This document shows, piece by piece, positions 13,085 through 15,892 of a DNA stretch of 15,892 nucleotides; position 1 is the first letter of the stretch, and each line of letters begins with the position of its first letter. The notes under the pieces are model-generated. The model was given only the letters and a program-made list of their open reading frames with translations, was not told the origin of the DNA and ran no database searches. The stretch covers positions 1-15,892 of the forward strand of contig SSFP01000061.1 in NCBI GenBank assembly GCA_008015455.1. The letters run 5' to 3'. The stretch is from Polynucleobacter sp. GTDB taxonomy: Bacteria > Pseudomonadota > Gammaproteobacteria > Burkholderiales > Burkholderiaceae. A program made the position numbers and the translations under genes.

Positions 13085-14087
13085 ACTTCGAAATACTCCA
13101 AATACCAAAATAACCTTGGTCATTAACCACCAACGATCCATCTTTGCTACTGTCTAAGGCAAATTTTTCATTCTCCACAAAAACATCTATCTGACTATCT
13201 GTGATCTCTAGAACTATATTGCCAGCCTGATTACTCGTGATTTTTGTGAGCCCTCTTCTGGTCCATTGCCCATAATCGATATACTCACTTGGAGCGCACC
13301 CAATAACGGTCAATTTAGGCTTTATAAAATCTAAAAAATCATAGCTTCTATCTGAATCTCTACCATGATGTGGCGCCAATAAAACCGCAATATCTTGAAC
13401 ATCATTTAGATGGTTTTCTTTTATATATTCAAAAGTTTTGTCATGCGCATCGCCACATATCAAAATATTGCCGCCGATACTTTTGTAAAGAAGAACATAA
13501 GACCCATCATTGATGTCATCACTTTTATTAGCATCATTTAGAAGATTGCTATTTGGCGCAAGAATATACAAGCCATCCCCTCCACTTGTGCCATCTTCAG
13601 CTTGGTTTGCATATTTAAATTTTGAATCTGCTAATGGAGTAACAACTTTCACATTCCCCTCTTTGCCAGCGATAACATTTTCATACCTATCCCAATCCTC
13701 TTCTAGGAATGGGCCTCCTTCAAAAGACGGTTTTTCTCGACGTAAGGTTGAATCCCAAAAATTTACTACGGTTACTTCGTCGAGCAGACGGTTAAAGCCA
13801 TCTAGATGATCCATATCAGGATGAGTAAGAATAAATCTGAAAATATTGCCAATATCTAAAGAAAGAAAATAATCAACTGAATTTGAGTTGCAATTGCACA
13901 TTCCATAATTGCCACTTACTTCTGATCCTTTGAGGGAAGGCGGCAAATAAACTGACTCAGAATAGGTCTCAATATTGCCATCACATATATCAATCATGGA
14001 AACATGACCACTTGCATGTTTGATAATTGTGCAGTCCCCTGGGTGTACATTTACAAAATGTACTTGGGCTTTATATTGATTACTCAT
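13080..14087 (-). CDS. Metallo-beta-lactamase-fold hydrolase, ComEC/Rec2 C-terminal-domain type (335 aa)
   Basis: The motifs are VNVHPGDCTII..., SMIDICDG, LTHPDMDHLDGF (the H-x-D-x-D-H variant typical of ComEC-type MBLs), ICGDAHD and LLAPHHGRDSD (PHHGS-like). The C-terminal ...ITSNQAGNIVLEITD fits the remembered rTd..G.i pattern. Confidence 0.88.
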   Translation of the reverse strand: MSNQYKAQVHFVNVHPGDCTIIKHASGHVSMIDICDGNIETYSESVYLPPSLKGSEVSGNYGMCNCNSNSVDYFLSLDIGNIFRFILTHPDMDHLDGFNRLLDEVTVVNFWDSTLRREKPSFEGGPFLEEDWDRYENVIAGKEGNVKVVTPLADSKFKYANQAEDGTSGGDGLYILAPNSNLLNDANKSDDINDGSYVLLYKSIGGNILICGDAHDKTFEYIKENHLNDVQDIAVLLAPHHGRDSDRSYDFLDFIKPKLTVIGCAPSEYIDYGQWTRRGLTKITSNQAGNIVLEITDSQIDVFVENEKFALDSSKDGSLVVNDQGYFGIWSISKS

Positions 14088-14544
14088 GAGGTTTTGATGA
14101 TCTTGATTTTTCGATGCCCCAAATAGATAAAGCGATATCCTGTAATTTCTCTAGAAATTTGTCTACGTTTAAACCAGCAATTAAGGCAAATGCAAAAAAT
14201 CCAAAGTCGCTAGAGCTTCCAGTAGAAGTCGCCTCTAGAGCTATTAGTCCAGCCTTTAAAAATACAAAAGATACTCCACCACAAATAGTGCTAACGAAGG
14301 GACGAATGAAATACCAGGGAATCCATTTTGAATTCCAGTCTCCTCTAACGCTTGCACTTAAATAGATTCCCCTTAAGCAATAAATGACGCCACCAATACC
14401 TCCAAATAGGGAGCTCATCAAAGCAATCTTTAGATTCGCAGAGGCTGCAAAAAATCCAGATATATCAGCAAAATACAGGCCGAAAATACATGCAATTAGA
14501 TACGCAACTAGGTAAAAGAATATAAAAGGTATTGAAACCATCAT
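14080..14544 (-). CDS. Small integral membrane protein, about 4 TM helices (154 aa)
   Basis: There are four hydrophobic segments: IPFIFFYLVAYLIACIFGLYF; LMSSLFGGIGGVIYCL; FIRPFVSTICGGVSFVFL; FGFFAFALIAGL. The stop overlaps the MBL start by 8 nt (ATGAGTAA). Confidence 0.75.
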   Translation of the reverse strand: MMVSIPFIFFYLVAYLIACIFGLYFADISGFFAASANLKIALMSSLFGGIGGVIYCLRGIYLSASVRGDWNSKWIPWYFIRPFVSTICGGVSFVFLKAGLIALEATSTGSSSDFGFFAFALIAGLNVDKFLEKLQDIALSIWGIEKSRSSKPHE

Positions 14545-14647
14545 GGCTATGCTTTATTAAGTTAACTCAAAACTCAATATTGCCATGAATAACCTTACAA
14601 ATTAATAAAAATAACAACCCGAAGGTTGGTATTTTGTACGACCTGAG

Positions 14648-14688
14648 ACATACTTTACAGTTTATACCGGACACATACTTTACAGTTT
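14648..14688 (+). repeat. Two direct copies of ACATACTTTACAGTTT in the IS left end
   Basis: The 16-nt perfect copies lie at 14648-14663 and 14673-14688, with a 25-bp period. They sit just upstream of the transposase SD AAGGAGGA. Confidence 0.75.
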
Positions 14689-14710
14689 TTGGCATAAGGA
14701 GGATCAACTT

Positions 14711-15892
14711 ATGCCATGGAATGAAAGTACGAAGATGGATGAAAAGCTCCGATTTGTGTCTCGTTTTTTGGATGGTGAGAAGATTTCTAGATTATGCGAA
14801 GAATTTGGCATATCCAGGGTCACTGGTCACAAGATCATCGATCGGTATAAAGAGTCTGGTTTAGAGGGCTTCAATGACCGCAGCCGTAAACCTTCCAGAC
14901 AAGCTAATCGACTACCGTTTCAGGTTGAACAATTAATCGTTAATGTGAAGAAAGAGTTCCCCAACTGGGGAGCTCCAAAGATCCGTGAACGGATTCATAC
15001 ACACTACCCAGAAATTGCTTTGCCGGCTAAAAGTACAGTCCATGCCGTCTTAGATCGCCATGGCTTAGTGCTTAAGAAGCGTCGGCGACGATATCCTAAA
15101 TTAGAGGGTACAGCTCTATCGGATAGTCGATCTCCTAATGCCTTGTGGTGTACAGATTACAAGGGTGAGTTCATGATGGGTAACAAACAATACTGTTATC
15201 CACTCACCGTCACCGATTACACAACGCGCTTCCTCATTTGCTGTGAAGGCTTGGAGAGCACCCGTGAGGCTCAGGCCTTTACGGTGTTTGAGCGGCTCTT
15301 TAAAGAGTATGGTTTACCGAACAATATTCGTTCTGATAATGGCGTTCCCTTTGCCAGTCCCAATGCCCTTTATGGTTTAAGTAGCTTATCGGTGTGGTGG
15401 TTGCGTTTGGGGATTGGCATTGAACGGATCAAGCCTGGGAACCCCCAACAAAATGGTCGGCATGAGCGCATGCATTTAACGCTTAAACAGGCCACCACCA
15501 AACCACCTGGAATGAACCTTTTACAACAGCAAGATAAGTTTGAAGACTTCATCCATGAATATAACTTTGAGCGACCTCATCAAGCGTTAGAGATGAAAAG
15601 GCCTGGGGATTTATATCAACCATCCAACAGAAAATATGATGGATTACCAGATGTGGCTTACCCCTTCCATGACAAAACTGTCACCGTCACTTCATGCGGA
15701 AGAATTTGTTTGGGGAGTAAAAAAATCCACTTCAGCACTGTCTTTGCAGGACAAGATGTTGGCGTCCGACAAGTAGAAGATGACGTTTGGTTGGTGAGTT
15801 TTATGGATTATGATTTAGCTTACTTTGATATGGAGACTCGAAGAGTGAGTGCTTTAGAGAACCCATTTGGTCCCAAAGTAATTGGAATGTGA
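14711..15892 (+). CDS. IS481-family DDE transposase (393 aa)
   Basis: It has an N-terminal HTH (ISRLCEEFGISRVTGHKII.RY). The rve-type DDE triad sits in WCTDYKGEF, IRSDNGVPF and NPQQNGRHERMH. A strong SD lies 7 nt upstream, and the stop is the last base of the window. Confidence 0.93.
   Translation: MPWNESTKMDEKLRFVSRFLDGEKISRLCEEFGISRVTGHKIIDRYKESGLEGFNDRSRKPSRQANRLPFQVEQLIVNVKKEFPNWGAPKIRERIHTHYPEIALPAKSTVHAVLDRHGLVLKKRRRRYPKLEGTALSDSRSPNALWCTDYKGEFMMGNKQYCYPLTVTDYTTRFLICCEGLESTREAQAFTVFERLFKEYGLPNNIRSDNGVPFASPNALYGLSSLSVWWLRLGIGIERIKPGNPQQNGRHERMHLTLKQATTKPPGMNLLQQQDKFEDFIHEYNFERPHQALEMKRPGDLYQPSNRKYDGLPDVAYPFHDKTVTVTSCGRICLGSKKIHFSTVFAGQDVGVRQVEDDVWLVSFMDYDLAYFDMETRRVSALENPFGPKVIGM

Larger units (their letters stand above)
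14635..15892 (+). mobile_element. IS481-family insertion sequence, left part (right end beyond the window)
   Basis: It carries a complete DDE transposase ORF preceded by subterminal repeats. The proposed left terminus around TGTACGACC (14635) is a guess, because the right inverted repeat is not in the window. Confidence 0.8.

Noticed and set aside
317-15552. These ORFs lie inside or antisense to longer, motif-supported genes: 317-532, 565-822, 1006-1251, 1795-1995, 2241-2432, 3451-3660, 4027-4224, 4592-4822, 5542-5748, 5585-5842, 6490-6693, 8692-9021, 8975-9238, 13510-13809, 14114-14365, 14634-14864 and 15370-15552.
   Set aside because: Each overlaps a longer ORF that has recognisable family motifs or good SD and operon context. 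Their translations are low-complexity, and some lack any start context. I treated them as shadow ORFs.

Overview
This is an AT-rich, proteobacterial-looking chromosomal window made mostly of accessory DNA. I did not compute GC content.

**Left edge (1-2.5 kb).** A nitric-oxide stress pair sits here: ytfE/ric (60-791, -) and nsrR (884-1285, +), with an NsrR-type 11-1-11 operator between them. It is followed by a decayed NERD-domain gene, a small Cys-rich ORF and a lipoprotein gene broken in an A6 run.

**Putative integrative element (about 2.5-12.3 kb, ~9.8 kb).** It is bounded by a 12-bp direct repeat, AGCCAAAAACTT, at 2514-2525 and 12295-12306. The right copy lies inside a 7-8-7 dyad next to a 450-aa tyrosine integrase. 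Its cargo is:
- a tightly coupled minus-strand operon: AAA+ ATPase, a protein with two NUMOD1-like HTH repeats, and a small acidic protein (5127 to 3374);
- a 301-aa unknown gene converging on, and overlapping, a FimB/FimE-sized (188 aa) tyrosine recombinase;
- a ~970-bp gene-free, palindrome-dense spacer (6840-7808) with GCCACA-type dyad sites, a 10-bp inverted-repeat pair 450 bp apart and a perfect 12-bp hairpin;
- a plus-strand operon (7821-9728) ending in a DEDDh exonuclease;
- a single-polypeptide wHTH + GHKL ATPase/kinase + STAS-like protein whose promoter is embedded in 21-bp tandem repeats.

**Right of the element.** A translationally coupled 4-TM protein and ComEC-type metallo-beta-lactamase-fold hydrolase pair is followed by a 208-aa helical protein. 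Then comes the left part of an IS481-family insertion sequence, cut at the window end.

**Other points.** A ~25-nt hairpin element (TAAG-YRTTACTT-N-AAGYAAYRC) recurs three times, twice starting exactly at a stop codon. No tRNA, rRNA or CRISPR array was found.

The best candidates for an undescribed system are the TM + MBL (+ helical) module, the ATPase/HTH/acidic operon, the wHTH-GHKL-STAS gene with its iterons, and a possible recombinase-controlled switch upstream of the exonuclease operon. All functional assignments come from motif recognition by eye; no searches were run.
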